DNA of 61,722 bases from a virus (IMGVR_UViG_3300017714_000006:1-61722), one strand, 5' to 3'; shown: positions 36,081 to 48,279, counted from the stretch's first letter. The notes: a model not told the origin generated them from the letters alone. Program-made: numbers and translations.

Positions 36081-39000
36081 ATGGCTAAGAAAAAAGCAGG
36101 AAGTTACAAAACTCCAAATACAAAAGCATCTAATTTATTGCCATCAGTTTTTAATACTGATGTAAATAAAAAATGGCTAGACAGCACATTAGATCAAATG
36201 ATCTCAAAAGGTAACCTGAAGAATGTAGAAGGTTTCATAGGCGATAAGTCAGGCAAGAACAGATTCAAAGAAGATATTTATTTAGACAATACAGATATAA
36301 GTCCAGCAATTGTAGTTACAGACAAAGATAAAAAAGTAACTAATTCAATTACAATGAGTGACATTGCAAATGCAATTAACATAAACTTTTCTGAATATAA
36401 TTATAATACAGCATATGCAACAAAATCATATAGTTATAGACCTCCAATTAACGTAGACAAGTTTGTAAATTATACAAACTATGCATGGGTGGATCAGATG
36501 CCCATATACGAAAGTATTAGAACTCTTGACGCAGCAACAGTAGGATCAGTAACATCAGGCTCAAGCTATCCAGCAAGTCCTTCACATGGTGATTATTTTG
36601 CACTCAATGATGGAGTAAACACAAAAACTTATCAATGGGATAATGTTGTTAAGACATGGCAACCAAGCGGAGACACAGGTTCAATTTACAGTAACAATGG
36701 AAACAACGCAGGCTTTACAACTGTAGTTAATCCAGTTGACTTGTCAGCTGGTCAATTAGCATATGCAATTGTGGATAACAATAATACATTTGTTATGGAA
36801 GACCAAATGCTTATTAAGTTTGTTGGTGATGGTTGGCATTCAGATGCACACAAGAGAACATATCTTGTATCCGGCACTGGTAGAAATATTAAATTAATAG
36901 AAGTATACAGTTGGGTTGACAATAGCACACGCTACCCAGACACAACAAAAACTACAGTAACAGTTGGTGGTATTTGGGACAAGAGTAAAGTATTTACAGT
37001 TCAGCCCAACAAAGAAAGTAAGATATATTCAGTTGATGGGCAAATTGGTGTAGCTAGTATGCTTGCTCGCTATAACGCTACAGACGACACTAGGTTACCT
37101 GTATTTGATGGTTTTATATTTCCATCTGAAGAATCAAACAAATCAGCTTGGATGACTGACGAACTAATTATGTTTGCTGACGAATGGACTCAGCAAGATA
37201 GCACACCAATGGATGCTACAGATTACCACAAAATATTTTATACACAGCGTGATAGTGTTACCGGTGATATTACTATAACAAAATTAGTTGATGCAAGAAT
37301 TCTTGGATCAAATCAAAAGATAGAACAGTTTATTGTTCCTGGCACAAGTGAATCAGTATTAGCAAAATACAAAGATAGATTATCTGGATTTGATATTTTA
37401 AATTGGGACAAATCAACTGTGGTGTTTGCTGAAAAAGATTATCAAGTTATGGAAACTGATAGTCCGTATAGAACTGCATGGAGCAGAAATAATAAATGGA
37501 CAGCAGTAGAAACACTAATAAAAATTAACGAGTTAATATATGGCGGCATTAATTTAAAACAATTAACTGATACAAAATATATTGCTAAAAGACCAATCAT
37601 GGAATTTGATGGCAAACTTAATCTCTACAACTGGGCAGACATTGATACAAATTTAGGTGATAGTCAATGGGCTGGCGTAATAAACACAATGGTTAAGCCA
37701 ACTGGAAGTTACATACCAACATCATTGCCGGGTGGAAAATATGGCTTTAATTTAACAGACATTGAACTTAAAGAAGAACAGCGTATTGCATTCTCTGAAG
37801 GCACATTTGCAAGTAAAACCTGGCAGGTTAGTTCAAATATAATTACTTATAATGGCATTGAGTATAATGAGCTAACTGCTGATATTACATTACAACCAAA
37901 TTATTGTGCATACGTTAGAGAATCATTACCAGACAGTGAAGATAAAAAATGGAACAACAGTGATGTTTGGTTTAATGGCACAGTATGGAGCACAGGGCAA
38001 CAACGTGTTAAGGTTAACCAAATGCCGTTGTTTAAATTATATACAACCAGTGGACAAAGATTAGAAAGTTTAGAAGGTGCAAAGTTTACAGGTAGTAGAA
38101 TATTTAACTACAAAATAGGCACAAGCACAGTTGATCCTGAATTAGGTATTGGACTGTCATATAAAGATATTAATGGAATTGGCGAGTATCAGTTTGAAAA
38201 TTATTTATTTACTGAGCCGCATTTCCAAAGTATTACGTCACAGTTTAATAAAGATACAAACTATCATAGACAGATACTAGGACAAAAATTATTTAAAGTA
38301 AACAATAAATTAACTAATCTATACAAGCAAAGCGAAGAAATTGGCGGGGCAGAAACATTAGTAACACATGATGTAGTAACTAGTAATGCAGACTTTACAA
38401 TTAACGTAGGGCATAGTTCATGGAGAACAGATAGACGTGTTGTATTACATCAACAAGATAAAAGATGCGTAGTAACAGAATTACAAAATGGTGTTTACTT
38501 AGACAAAACAAATGTAGATCATACAAACATATACGTAGGTAAAAATATACCTGTTGTGTTTAACAACTTATTAGAAACTGGTGATGTTAAATTTAAAACT
38601 GTGGCTGGTGTTGATATTGAAACAACTCCACAAGCAGGTGTAACTGTAACAAGAAGTGGAAATGATATTACCTTAGCACTTACTACATACAGTAGCAAAA
38701 TTATTATTGACCCAGTAGATGCAACATTAACAAATGACTATACAATCATACCACTTGACAACTATGATAGCATTCAGCATACAGTGGAAGTTAATGGTAA
38801 GCAATTAAGTCCTAACAATTATACAATCAATGCAGACACAATTGTTATTCCTGCATCCGTCGGATTACAAAAAGATGATATTGTTGATTTAAAATACTTC
38901 AGCAATAACAATACAAATATAACTACTAACTCATCTTTGCCAAATACATTAAAGCATAATGCAAATAACGAAGTAATAGAAACATTTACAATGAGCGAAA

Positions 39001-42000
39001 CAATGGCTCATTGGCAAAGTATAATATCTTCTACTCCTGGGTTTGAAGGCGACATCCTTGGAACAAATAACTATGAGGCACTAAACAAACAACATTACTT
39101 TGGTGGTGAAATATTTATTCACAACGATTTGAGTATTGTTCACGATGCTTTATATTCCAATGATACAGTAAACGTTACAGATGCATTAAGAACATCAGGT
39201 GAAGATTGGGATAACTTTAGAAATAGATTTAGAGCTCAAGTAGCCAGATTAAATGAAAGAAAAAATTATCTAACTGTTAGAGAATTAGTTGATGATGCAA
39301 TTGAATCAATTACTATTACTAGATCAGGTGGAGACTTATTTAGAACATCTAACATGGTATATAAAACTCCTGTTCGAGTGGAAGAATTTATTCATGCAGA
39401 TGGAGATACAGTATTACCTAGAATATTTTTAAAAGATAGTATTCACAGTGATGACAATATTCAAGACCACGTTTATGTTTACATCTCAGATAATGTAAGT
39501 GGAACACTAACAACAAGACTAGCAATAAAAGATATAGACTATATACAATCAGGAAACTTAATTGAATTTATATATCAACCAATAGCTATGCCAAACAAAG
39601 GTTATCCAAAAATTACAGTGTATAAAAGACACATGGATGATATATGTTATGTTCCTCCTAGTTTAACAAAACTTAAACTTGCACCAGGGTGGTCACCAGA
39701 AGTAGACACTACAAACAATATACTAACTGGGCATGACGGAACACAGTGGGAATTAAAATCAACAGCAGAATTATTTAACATGACAGATGCAAACTTTGAT
39801 GTTGTTAACGCATGTCAGTTTGAATTAGAAAAAAGAATTTACACAGGATTAGTTATAAGTGATACAATTAATACAGATGACGAGTCTGTTGAAAGTTTAC
39901 AATATGGTATGGTTTCAAAGTTCACTCCAAGTGCAACACGTGAAACATGGTATACACTAGAAACAATTAATGATTTACTCAGTAAATCATTTGCACAATG
40001 GAAAGCAAAGAACAAACGAGAAGATACAGAAGTTGTATACTCGCTTGCAGATGTAGATACATGGAACTTTAGTTCAATGGGTTCGGCATTAGGTGCAGAT
40101 ATTCCAGGACAATGGAAAGGTGCATACAAAATATTATTTGGAACAAGCACTCCAGACAAAACGCCATGGCACATGCTTGGTTATGCATTTAAACCTACAT
40201 GGTGGGACAGCACATACAGTTGGACAAATGCTACAAAACGTGCGGCACTTATTAAAGCACTAAAACGTGGACTAGTAGCACCTGGTAGACAAGATATAGA
40301 ATGGGCAAACCATTTGTGGGATTGGGATAATAAATGCCCAGTTACATCAGCAGGTGTATTAGAAACAATTACGACTGTGTTAGGAACTCCACAAGACATT
40401 GATAAAGCAAAACGTTTTGAATTTGGTGATCATGCTGGACTAGAAGCTGAGTGGAGAGCAAGTGGATCAGGACAAGCATCTACAATAGATGCTATTGTTA
40501 AATTAAATCCAACAAAAGCATCTAGCATATTTTATTCACCATCTGTAAAAGTTAATACCAAAGAAATAGATTACTTAGGCAAAGACGATTTAGAAATTTA
40601 TACAACTTCATCTATACCAACACCAGGCAAAGTTTATGGAAGATCAATTGTTGATGTTGAAGTTACAGCTATTGCGTTATTTGATACAAACACATTTGTT
40701 AAACTAGTTGGACCAGATGGATCAACAGAAGCAGACATAACATTATCTTTTGATACTAGACCAGGAGTATACACACCCAATGAAACTAGACGACATGTTA
40801 TTGGTGCAAGTGTATCACACAGAGGAAGAAACTTAACAACACTTCCAGCAATATATACTGGGTTTGACAACTCACAGGTTGCAACATCAACATTTAAATT
40901 TAAAACAAAAGAAGTAGAATATGTAGCAAGCGGTATAGCACAATCTTTATACAATCATACATTGCGTAACAATTTAGATTACAACATAGACAACTTACAT
41001 ACTAAAGTTGATACAAGACTAGGAACACAATTACGTGGATTTAGTAGTAAACATCTTTTAGAATTTAAGACACAAACATACGATGAAACAAAACATACAC
41101 TAGGCGAAAGTGACTTTGAACTATCAATGTATAAAAGCACACCAATTAATATTGCAATTGCTAGTGAAATTACTGTTGAGTATTTGGCTCCAGGTTGGAA
41201 GATTAGTGGCAATGGATATGGTAAACAAGAATTTAATTTCTTTGCACCAGATAACACTAACTCAACTTCGTATACAAATGTGGAAGTTGAATCAGTAGAA
41301 ATTAAGAAATATAAAAAGTTTGCACCAACACATAGCATATTAGAGTATAATGCAATACTTAATAAGATACAAGACACTTATTCATTTATAAGAGGATACT
41401 ACGCTTATTTAGAATCAATTGGATTTGAATTCCCATACAGCGGAGACAGTGTAGCTGTAGAGTTTGTTAAATGGGCATTAACTAATCCATCAACTACTAA
41501 AACATTTGACCTAGGATCTAATTTTAAATTTAAGCCAATACATGGTAGCGTAGTAGAATTAAACACAGGTGTGTTTAAAGAAAATACTATCACTGATACA
41601 AAAGGTATTACAGTTGAATCAGATAATTTATTAGTAAGCAGAACAGAAGATGTATTATCATTAGAAACAAAAGATAAAACAATAATTGGTTCAGCAGGAT
41701 TTGTTGTTGTGGAATACGAACACATTGCATTACTAAATGATAAAACAACGTTTGGTGTTGTTGTGCATGATGATATTAAAAATATAAATCAATACAAAAT
41801 AGCATTCAGAGGATTAATAACTGATAAGTGGGACGGTAATAAACGTGCACCAGGTTACTTAGTTTTTGATGATAAGGTTGTTGAAAACTTTGATAGCAGT
41901 GTGCAATCAGTTGACGACTACTATAAAACAGATGGCATTGACTTTAATCCTACAATTAGAAAACTAGAAGATATAACTATTGGTAATTCAAACAACGAAC

Positions 42001-45000
42001 TTACTATTAGTGAGAATGAGTTTGATTCAATTACTAAACGTAATTATTTTCAAGGGTTGATCAAACAAAGAGGAACATCAAGTGCATTTGATAAAATTGA
42101 ACGTAAATTTATAACTGATAAGCTAGACATTAAAGTTCATGAACAATATATGTTGTCTAGAAGTTACTTTGGTAACACAGACAGATTAGACGCAATAGAA
42201 TTTACATTAGACAATAACACATTTGAAACATCACCACAAGCTATTAAGTTTAATAACTTTACAGGAAGTGAAACTGTATACAATGATGTATTAGTTTATC
42301 CGCAAGGTGATAGTAGATTTGTTAATCCAGTAAAAACAGTTAACGCAGTATCGCTTGCTGTTGGCAAAACTTATCAAATAAAATCATTGGGAACAACATC
42401 TCAAAACGATTGGAATTTTCTTGCAGGAACTTCAGGAGTTACATATGTATCTGGTGATACATTTACTGCGGTTAAGACTAATGAAAACATTACAGGAACA
42501 GGCACAGCTACAACAGGCACTTCGTTTTCTACTCAACCTATAACAGAAGTTGACATAAGTAACTTAACAGCAGGTGCTTTATTAGACACTGAAGCAAAAT
42601 ATAAAACAAACTTATTAAGTGAAATTGGAAATGTATATAACAAATTAGAAGATTATGCAATCATAGAAACTTGGGCAAATAATAAAAGTTATAAAAAAAG
42701 TAATATAGTAAGATACCAAGGTGGATTATATCAGTGTATACCAGATAGCACAACAGTATCTACTGTAAGTGAGAATATAAGCATAACTGGTAATAATACA
42801 AATCCAACATGGCCATCAGGAACAATAGTAAGTATTGATGGTGCAGTGTTTCCTATATCTAAGGAAGTCCAGGAGAAACAACCAATACCAGTTACAGGAA
42901 CAGTTTTGAATCCTGTTATTACTGGTGCAACATCATCAACTAATACACTAATAATTGATGGACAATCAGTAACACTTAGCAAACTAGCAGGTGTCAATGT
43001 TCTAACTGGTGTTCCAGCATCAAAGACAGGAATTGTTCCAGGACCAGCATTTAATTCAAATAATGGATTTGTTACAGATAAGCAATTAGTTATTAATGGA
43101 ATAACTGTTGACTTTGACACAACACCACCAGACGTAATAGAAAACTTTATAGGTGATAACTTAGGAATTACGCCAAGTGATGCAACAGAAAATATCACAG
43201 GTGTAGCAGCACAGCAAACATATACTATTCCTAATACAACACTAAGTGGATCAACATATAGTGTTAGTGGTATAACAGTTGATGGAACTGCTTATGCAGA
43301 AACAACAGACTGGACAATAAGTGGACAAGACATTACATTTACTAATCCAACATTTGCAGGTAGCGAAGCTATTGTAGTTACAATGACACACGTTACAGTT
43401 GTAGATCTCAAAGATACATTTACAATTGCACAAGGAATTGTTGGCACTGCATATACAGTTCAATCAGTTACAGTTGGTGGAACTACACAAACTGATCCAA
43501 CACATTATTCAATCAGTGGACAAACATTAACATTCACTTCTGGAAATGAACCGGCAGACGGAGCATCAATTGTTGTAACTATTGAACATACTCCGTTAAG
43601 TATGACAACTGCAGAAATTGTAACAAAGATCAATGACACAATGGTAGCAAATGGAATCAGCATAACTGAACCAACTGGCACACCATATGTTGCCAATGAT
43701 GCTATACAGGCCGATTTGATTGGAAGTAGATTACGTATACGATACTGGGCTACAAGCACAGATCAGAGTAGCAATGATAGTAAATTAATACTTGGAAGTA
43801 GTATCAATGGCACTAATGAAATATTAGGCTTTGTTACAAATCCAACAGCAAGTTTAGTAGGATTAATCGAAGAACAACAAGAACAAGATTTAACTTTAGA
43901 TGACATAGTTACATTAATTACTAATACATCAAACCTTGGACACATCACTGCAACAAACGACAGTGGGTATCTTAAATTAGTAAGTGGTGCAAACTTAACA
44001 CCGGCTCAGAGAAGAACAACACTAACAGTAGAAGGAACACAGCGAGCAACAGTAGGATTGCCACTTAGCACTGCGGTTACAACATCACCTGTTACTGAAC
44101 CTGTTGACTTAACTACTGCGGTATCTTTAATTACAACTGGACTAGCAGATCCTGTAGCAGCAGGAGGATCGGGTAACGCTGTAACTGGAGTATCAGTATT
44201 AGGCACAGGTAATGCTTTAACTATAGCATCAACTAATCCAATACTTACATTAGCAAATCCTGGCGATGTATTCTTAAATAACGCAGGTATTAGTAGTTAT
44301 GGAGTAATAAGTTTAGTATCAGACAGTTCACAATTAAATACATTTGTTCCATCTGAATGGACAAACATAAGTCATACAGATCCAGCATTGTTTAATGTAT
44401 GGGTAGCAAACGATTCAGATTATGAAATTGATGGTATTGTAGGTAATAATAGTATTGCTGTAGACACAAAACATTATGGATGGAATGTATTCCAAGTTCA
44501 GAGCAGAGGATTATATACAGCAGATTTACAAAATAACCCAACTGATCCACTTACAAAAGATGAACCATGTGGAATATGTGCAGGATCGATGACTGCCGAT
44601 GGAAATGATGCACAAGTAACTGTAAACGCAAATCATGGATTAGCTGTAGGTGATTATGTAATGTTGTTAAACACAACTACTACACCTAACATTGATGGTA
44701 TTCATAAAGTAACAAAAATTGGATCGTCAACAGAATTTTATATTGATCAATATATTGACAAATGTGGATCATCTAGTTCAGTAATGACATTACGATCAAC
44801 AAGATTTTCTACAATAGAACATAGAGATGCAGCATTAAAAAGTATACATTGGAACATTCCACCAAACACATTAGTCTTTACAGACGAGGATACTAATCAA
44901 AAAACATCAATAAATGTATTTGAATCGGTATATCCAGTAGCAGGTGGATCAACTCTTACTGGTGCAGGATATCTAAATGGATATCTATATAATGAAGCAG

Positions 45001-47630
45001 TTAGTAATGCTTCAGTAGTAACAGATTCTATGGCAGTAGTTAGACACCAAAGTTCTAGAATTGTAAATAAAGACTTAGACAACATAACAGTTTATGATTA
45101 TGATAGCAATACACCTATACTTGATTTAGAATTGTATGACCCGCTACGTGGAATTATTCCTGGTGTAGCTGATGCAGAAATTGATATTAAGAGTGTTCAT
45201 GATGTAGCAATATATAATACATCTACAGAAGAAACATATGAAGCAGACGAAGATAACGCATGGGCAGAATCAGAAGTAGGTAAGAGATGGTGGGATACTA
45301 GTAAAGTTCGTTACTATGATTACGACCAAGGAGATATAAAAGATAAAGCAAGTAACTGGGCAAAGCAATTTGTAGGCAGTGAAGTTGTAATTTGGGAATG
45401 GACAAAAAGTTCTGTCGCACCAGATGATTATAACAAAGCTGTTGAAAGCAACAAAGTAATGTATGGAAACGTAGCATCAGGAACAGCATACGCTGAGTTT
45501 GATGCAGTTAAAAATCAAAACGAATACTACTACACACTACGTAGCGAATGGAATCCAAGCACTACCAAATATGATAGTGTTTATTATTTCTGGGTGCGTA
45601 ACAAAGAAACAATTGGTCACTCAAGCAAAAATATTATTACAAGCGAAGTAGAAAATATTATTACAGATCCAAGTGCAAATGGAATCTATTGGTTCTCAGT
45701 AGCTGACAATGATGCAATTATTGTTTCAGACATATGGGACTTTGTAAATAAAAAAGTTGTGTTACAATTAAACAAACAAGTTGATCACAATCACGCACAA
45801 TGGATATTAGTAGGTAAAGACACAGATGTAATACCTGACTATTGGTATACTGGATTAAAAAATAACTTATCACAAATTGATGAGAATACTTTACGTCTCC
45901 CAGATTATACAAATCACCCGTATGCAAGATACGGTGATGATAGAGCCAACAGACAAGCATGGTATGATGATATAGTTGCAGCAAGATTAAATGCACTTGA
46001 TATTATTAATAGACAACTTGTATCAGTAAACGTATACAATGACTTTAAAACTAAATTCTTAACAGCAGTTGCAAATTCAACTATTCCAGATGATAGTTGG
46101 GATTGGACAGACTTTGTTTCTCCATTGCATAACTATGCTAACACATTTGCAACAGTTGTAGAGAATATAGACGAATTAAACACATTAGATACAAATGAAT
46201 ACCAAACAGCAAGGATTCAAATAATCAACGATGATGATATTGACAGAACTGAATTTTATCTATATAGATATAAAGAATGGATCCTAACTAAAAAGAATAA
46301 CGCAACAATAAAATGGAACAAAGAAAGATTAGCTAAAACTTACACATGGGATATGGAACCATGGGATAGTTTAAATTGGGATAATACAGCTATAGCAGAT
46401 TGGTGGAAAGCTCTTGTAACAATGTTAAGAGATACACTGTTCTTAAATGAACATACTGTTAAGTTTAATAAATTCTTCTTTGGAATGATTGATTATGCAT
46501 TGTCTAGAACAAAACAAGTTGAGTGGGCAATGAAAACTTCTTATATACGATTAGAAGTTAAAAGTGATTTAGTAGAGAAAAAGAAATACAAAAAAGATAT
46601 TATGTCCTCAATTGAAGGATATGTAAATGAGGTTAAACCTTTCCATGTTAAGGTAAGTGACTCTGCTAGAACATTCAACAAACAAGAAGAAGTGTATTTT
46701 GAACTAGACGAAGATAATTTTAAAAGTATTACAATTAAGCATGAAGAAAAAGGCACAAACTTTAATGAGCTTGTGCTTAATGCTAACAACGAATTAGAAA
46801 AAACTATTACGTTGGCTAACAACGGAACTACAGTTTATACAATAGATAAAGCAGATGCAAACATGTTAGATTGGGATCATGTTGAAGTTAAAGATGGATC
46901 AACAGTATTAACTTCAGCAGTTGATTACTTCTTGATAGATCAAGTTATTAACTTTGTAACAGCACCAACTGGTATAGTAACTGTAGATGTTGCAGTCGAA
47001 GATGAAGCTCAAGTAATAGTATCAGGTGGCGTTGGTAATACTGCATATGATGATGACGATGGTGTTGATGGCTATGCAATTGTATCAGGTGGTAATGGAA
47101 GACAACCTGAACTGTATTCAAACACAACATACAGATCAACTGAAGCAGATATTAGGCCGCAAGAAACAGCAATAATTAAAGTGCAAACAAATAGATCAGG
47201 TTCAACTGATACAAATGAAACAAGAACATTTGCATATATGCTTGATATAAACAAATACCAGCATGTATATGGAATGGAAGATGCAAAAACATCTACACTG
47301 TCTGCACCGTTAACTGTAGGAGATACAACACTAACAGTAGCAGATGCAAGTAAATTTACAACAGCAGAATTAGTATTAGTTAACAATGAAATAATACAAG
47401 TTCAAAACGTTGGCGGTGTAATTTATATTAAAAAACGAGGACTAAACTTAACATTTGCAAATGCACATGCATCAGGAACAACTATTACTGATGTTACTAA
47501 TAATGCATTGCATTATGTAAATTCTTCAGCAGATAAGAAATTTAATGAAGATAACACTACAATATTAGACAGTTCAACTTCAGCAGAAGCTATTATGTTG
47601 AACAATATAGGAAAAGGAACTATACTATAG
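36081..47630 (+). CDS. Giant baseplate wedge / virion structural protein (gp7-like position), 3849 aa
   Basis: Follows gp6. Starts NLLPSVF.T..NKKWL; has YVNEVKPFH near the C-terminus, beta-sandwich repeats, and CBM5/12-like and FCCH-like modules. Confidence 0.75.
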   Translation: MAKKKAGSYKTPNTKASNLLPSVFNTDVNKKWLDSTLDQMISKGNLKNVEGFIGDKSGKNRFKEDIYLDNTDISPAIVVTDKDKKVTNSITMSDIANAININFSEYNYNTAYATKSYSYRPPINVDKFVNYTNYAWVDQMPIYESIRTLDAATVGSVTSGSSYPASPSHGDYFALNDGVNTKTYQWDNVVKTWQPSGDTGSIYSNNGNNAGFTTVVNPVDLSAGQLAYAIVDNNNTFVMEDQMLIKFVGDGWHSDAHKRTYLVSGTGRNIKLIEVYSWVDNSTRYPDTTKTTVTVGGIWDKSKVFTVQPNKESKIYSVDGQIGVASMLARYNATDDTRLPVFDGFIFPSEESNKSAWMTDELIMFADEWTQQDSTPMDATDYHKIFYTQRDSVTGDITITKLVDARILGSNQKIEQFIVPGTSESVLAKYKDRLSGFDILNWDKSTVVFAEKDYQVMETDSPYRTAWSRNNKWTAVETLIKINELIYGGINLKQLTDTKYIAKRPIMEFDGKLNLYNWADIDTNLGDSQWAGVINTMVKPTGSYIPTSLPGGKYGFNLTDIELKEEQRIAFSEGTFASKTWQVSSNIITYNGIEYNELTADITLQPNYCAYVRESLPDSEDKKWNNSDVWFNGTVWSTGQQRVKVNQMPLFKLYTTSGQRLESLEGAKFTGSRIFNYKIGTSTVDPELGIGLSYKDINGIGEYQFENYLFTEPHFQSITSQFNKDTNYHRQILGQKLFKVNNKLTNLYKQSEEIGGAETLVTHDVVTSNADFTINVGHSSWRTDRRVVLHQQDKRCVVTELQNGVYLDKTNVDHTNIYVGKNIPVVFNNLLETGDVKFKTVAGVDIETTPQAGVTVTRSGNDITLALTTYSSKIIIDPVDATLTNDYTIIPLDNYDSIQHTVEVNGKQLSPNNYTINADTIVIPASVGLQKDDIVDLKYFSNNNTNITTNSSLPNTLKHNANNEVIETFTMSETMAHWQSIISSTPGFEGDILGTNNYEALNKQHYFGGEIFIHNDLSIVHDALYSNDTVNVTDALRTSGEDWDNFRNRFRAQVARLNERKNYLTVRELVDDAIESITITRSGGDLFRTSNMVYKTPVRVEEFIHADGDTVLPRIFLKDSIHSDDNIQDHVYVYISDNVSGTLTTRLAIKDIDYIQSGNLIEFIYQPIAMPNKGYPKITVYKRHMDDICYVPPSLTKLKLAPGWSPEVDTTNNILTGHDGTQWELKSTAELFNMTDANFDVVNACQFELEKRIYTGLVISDTINTDDESVESLQYGMVSKFTPSATRETWYTLETINDLLSKSFAQWKAKNKREDTEVVYSLADVDTWNFSSMGSALGADIPGQWKGAYKILFGTSTPDKTPWHMLGYAFKPTWWDSTYSWTNATKRAALIKALKRGLVAPGRQDIEWANHLWDWDNKCPVTSAGVLETITTVLGTPQDIDKAKRFEFGDHAGLEAEWRASGSGQASTIDAIVKLNPTKASSIFYSPSVKVNTKEIDYLGKDDLEIYTTSSIPTPGKVYGRSIVDVEVTAIALFDTNTFVKLVGPDGSTEADITLSFDTRPGVYTPNETRRHVIGASVSHRGRNLTTLPAIYTGFDNSQVATSTFKFKTKEVEYVASGIAQSLYNHTLRNNLDYNIDNLHTKVDTRLGTQLRGFSSKHLLEFKTQTYDETKHTLGESDFELSMYKSTPINIAIASEITVEYLAPGWKISGNGYGKQEFNFFAPDNTNSTSYTNVEVESVEIKKYKKFAPTHSILEYNAILNKIQDTYSFIRGYYAYLESIGFEFPYSGDSVAVEFVKWALTNPSTTKTFDLGSNFKFKPIHGSVVELNTGVFKENTITDTKGITVESDNLLVSRTEDVLSLETKDKTIIGSAGFVVVEYEHIALLNDKTTFGVVVHDDIKNINQYKIAFRGLITDKWDGNKRAPGYLVFDDKVVENFDSSVQSVDDYYKTDGIDFNPTIRKLEDITIGNSNNELTISENEFDSITKRNYFQGLIKQRGTSSAFDKIERKFITDKLDIKVHEQYMLSRSYFGNTDRLDAIEFTLDNNTFETSPQAIKFNNFTGSETVYNDVLVYPQGDSRFVNPVKTVNAVSLAVGKTYQIKSLGTTSQNDWNFLAGTSGVTYVSGDTFTAVKTNENITGTGTATTGTSFSTQPITEVDISNLTAGALLDTEAKYKTNLLSEIGNVYNKLEDYAIIETWANNKSYKKSNIVRYQGGLYQCIPDSTTVSTVSENISITGNNTNPTWPSGTIVSIDGAVFPISKEVQEKQPIPVTGTVLNPVITGATSSTNTLIIDGQSVTLSKLAGVNVLTGVPASKTGIVPGPAFNSNNGFVTDKQLVINGITVDFDTTPPDVIENFIGDNLGITPSDATENITGVAAQQTYTIPNTTLSGSTYSVSGITVDGTAYAETTDWTISGQDITFTNPTFAGSEAIVVTMTHVTVVDLKDTFTIAQGIVGTAYTVQSVTVGGTTQTDPTHYSISGQTLTFTSGNEPADGASIVVTIEHTPLSMTTAEIVTKINDTMVANGISITEPTGTPYVANDAIQADLIGSRLRIRYWATSTDQSSNDSKLILGSSINGTNEILGFVTNPTASLVGLIEEQQEQDLTLDDIVTLITNTSNLGHITATNDSGYLKLVSGANLTPAQRRTTLTVEGTQRATVGLPLSTAVTTSPVTEPVDLTTAVSLITTGLADPVAAGGSGNAVTGVSVLGTGNALTIASTNPILTLANPGDVFLNNAGISSYGVISLVSDSSQLNTFVPSEWTNISHTDPALFNVWVANDSDYEIDGIVGNNSIAVDTKHYGWNVFQVQSRGLYTADLQNNPTDPLTKDEPCGICAGSMTADGNDAQVTVNANHGLAVGDYVMLLNTTTTPNIDGIHKVTKIGSSTEFYIDQYIDKCGSSSSVMTLRSTRFSTIEHRDAALKSIHWNIPPNTLVFTDEDTNQKTSINVFESVYPVAGGSTLTGAGYLNGYLYNEAVSNASVVTDSMAVVRHQSSRIVNKDLDNITVYDYDSNTPILDLELYDPLRGIIPGVADAEIDIKSVHDVAIYNTSTEETYEADEDNAWAESEVGKRWWDTSKVRYYDYDQGDIKDKASNWAKQFVGSEVVIWEWTKSSVAPDDYNKAVESNKVMYGNVASGTAYAEFDAVKNQNEYYYTLRSEWNPSTTKYDSVYYFWVRNKETIGHSSKNIITSEVENIITDPSANGIYWFSVADNDAIIVSDIWDFVNKKVVLQLNKQVDHNHAQWILVGKDTDVIPDYWYTGLKNNLSQIDENTLRLPDYTNHPYARYGDDRANRQAWYDDIVAARLNALDIINRQLVSVNVYNDFKTKFLTAVANSTIPDDSWDWTDFVSPLHNYANTFATVVENIDELNTLDTNEYQTARIQIINDDDIDRTEFYLYRYKEWILTKKNNATIKWNKERLAKTYTWDMEPWDSLNWDNTAIADWWKALVTMLRDTLFLNEHTVKFNKFFFGMIDYALSRTKQVEWAMKTSYIRLEVKSDLVEKKKYKKDIMSSIEGYVNEVKPFHVKVSDSARTFNKQEEVYFELDEDNFKSITIKHEEKGTNFNELVLNANNELEKTITLANNGTTVYTIDKADANMLDWDHVEVKDGSTVLTSAVDYFLIDQVINFVTAPTGIVTVDVAVEDEAQVIVSGGVGNTAYDDDDGVDGYAIVSGGNGRQPELYSNTTYRSTEADIRPQETAIIKVQTNRSGSTDTNETRTFAYMLDINKYQHVYGMEDAKTSTLSAPLTVGDTTLTVADASKFTTAELVLVNNEIIQVQNVGGVIYIKKRGLNLTFANAHASGTTITDVTNNALHYVNSSADKKFNEDNTTILDSSTSAEAIMLNNIGKGTIL

Positions 47631-47649
47631 AACCAAGAATTCTAATTGG

Positions 47650-47658
47650 CATAAATAG
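47650..47658 (+). promoter_or_regulatory. Late promoter
   Basis: CATAAATAG upstream of the AAGGAG SD of the 47683 gene. Confidence 0.65.
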
Positions 47659-47682
47659 TATATAAGGAGTAGGCGAACAGCA

Positions 47683-48279
47683 ATGAAAAATAATTATAAC
47701 GAACAAACAGATATTTCAGTAGACGGTCATTGTTTAATCAAAGACTTTGATACAGGTGAAGTATTACTAGACAAACATAATGCTATCAACTTTCAAAACT
47801 TTGCTTTTGCAGTTGCAAATCTATTAGCAAACAAATCTGTAAGCGGTAATCAGTTTTTTATTAATAGAATTGCGTTTGGTTACGGAGGCACAACAGTTGA
47901 TGCCAACGGTAACATTACTTACAGAAGTCCAAAAGTAGATGGAGTAAATGGTGGATTATATAATCCATTGTTAGACAATGCAACACCACCTGCTGCATAT
48001 CTAAAAGCAGTAGAGAGTATAGAGTTAGTAGATGCTGAAAGCAATCCATATTCAGACATAACTGTAAAGGTTATACTTGATTACGATGAACCTACAACAG
48101 CACCTACACTAGACAATGCACAAAATTTTGAAACACCAAGCGAATGGGTTATTGATGAATTAGCATTAGTAACTGAAACTGGTGACTTTCTAACACATTT
48201 GGTTTTCCATCCTATACAAAAATCAAAGAATCGTAAAATAGAAATTCTGTATTCACTTAGAATCAGAGCAGGAGTATAA
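47683..48279 (+). CDS. Baseplate / tail structural protein
   Basis: GHCLIKD..TGEVLLDKHNAI, IAFGYGG, DELAL, THLVFHPIQKS. Confidence 0.65.
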   Translation: MKNNYNEQTDISVDGHCLIKDFDTGEVLLDKHNAINFQNFAFAVANLLANKSVSGNQFFINRIAFGYGGTTVDANGNITYRSPKVDGVNGGLYNPLLDNATPPAAYLKAVESIELVDAESNPYSDITVKVILDYDEPTTAPTLDNAQNFETPSEWVIDELALVTETGDFLTHLVFHPIQKSKNRKIEILYSLRIRAGV

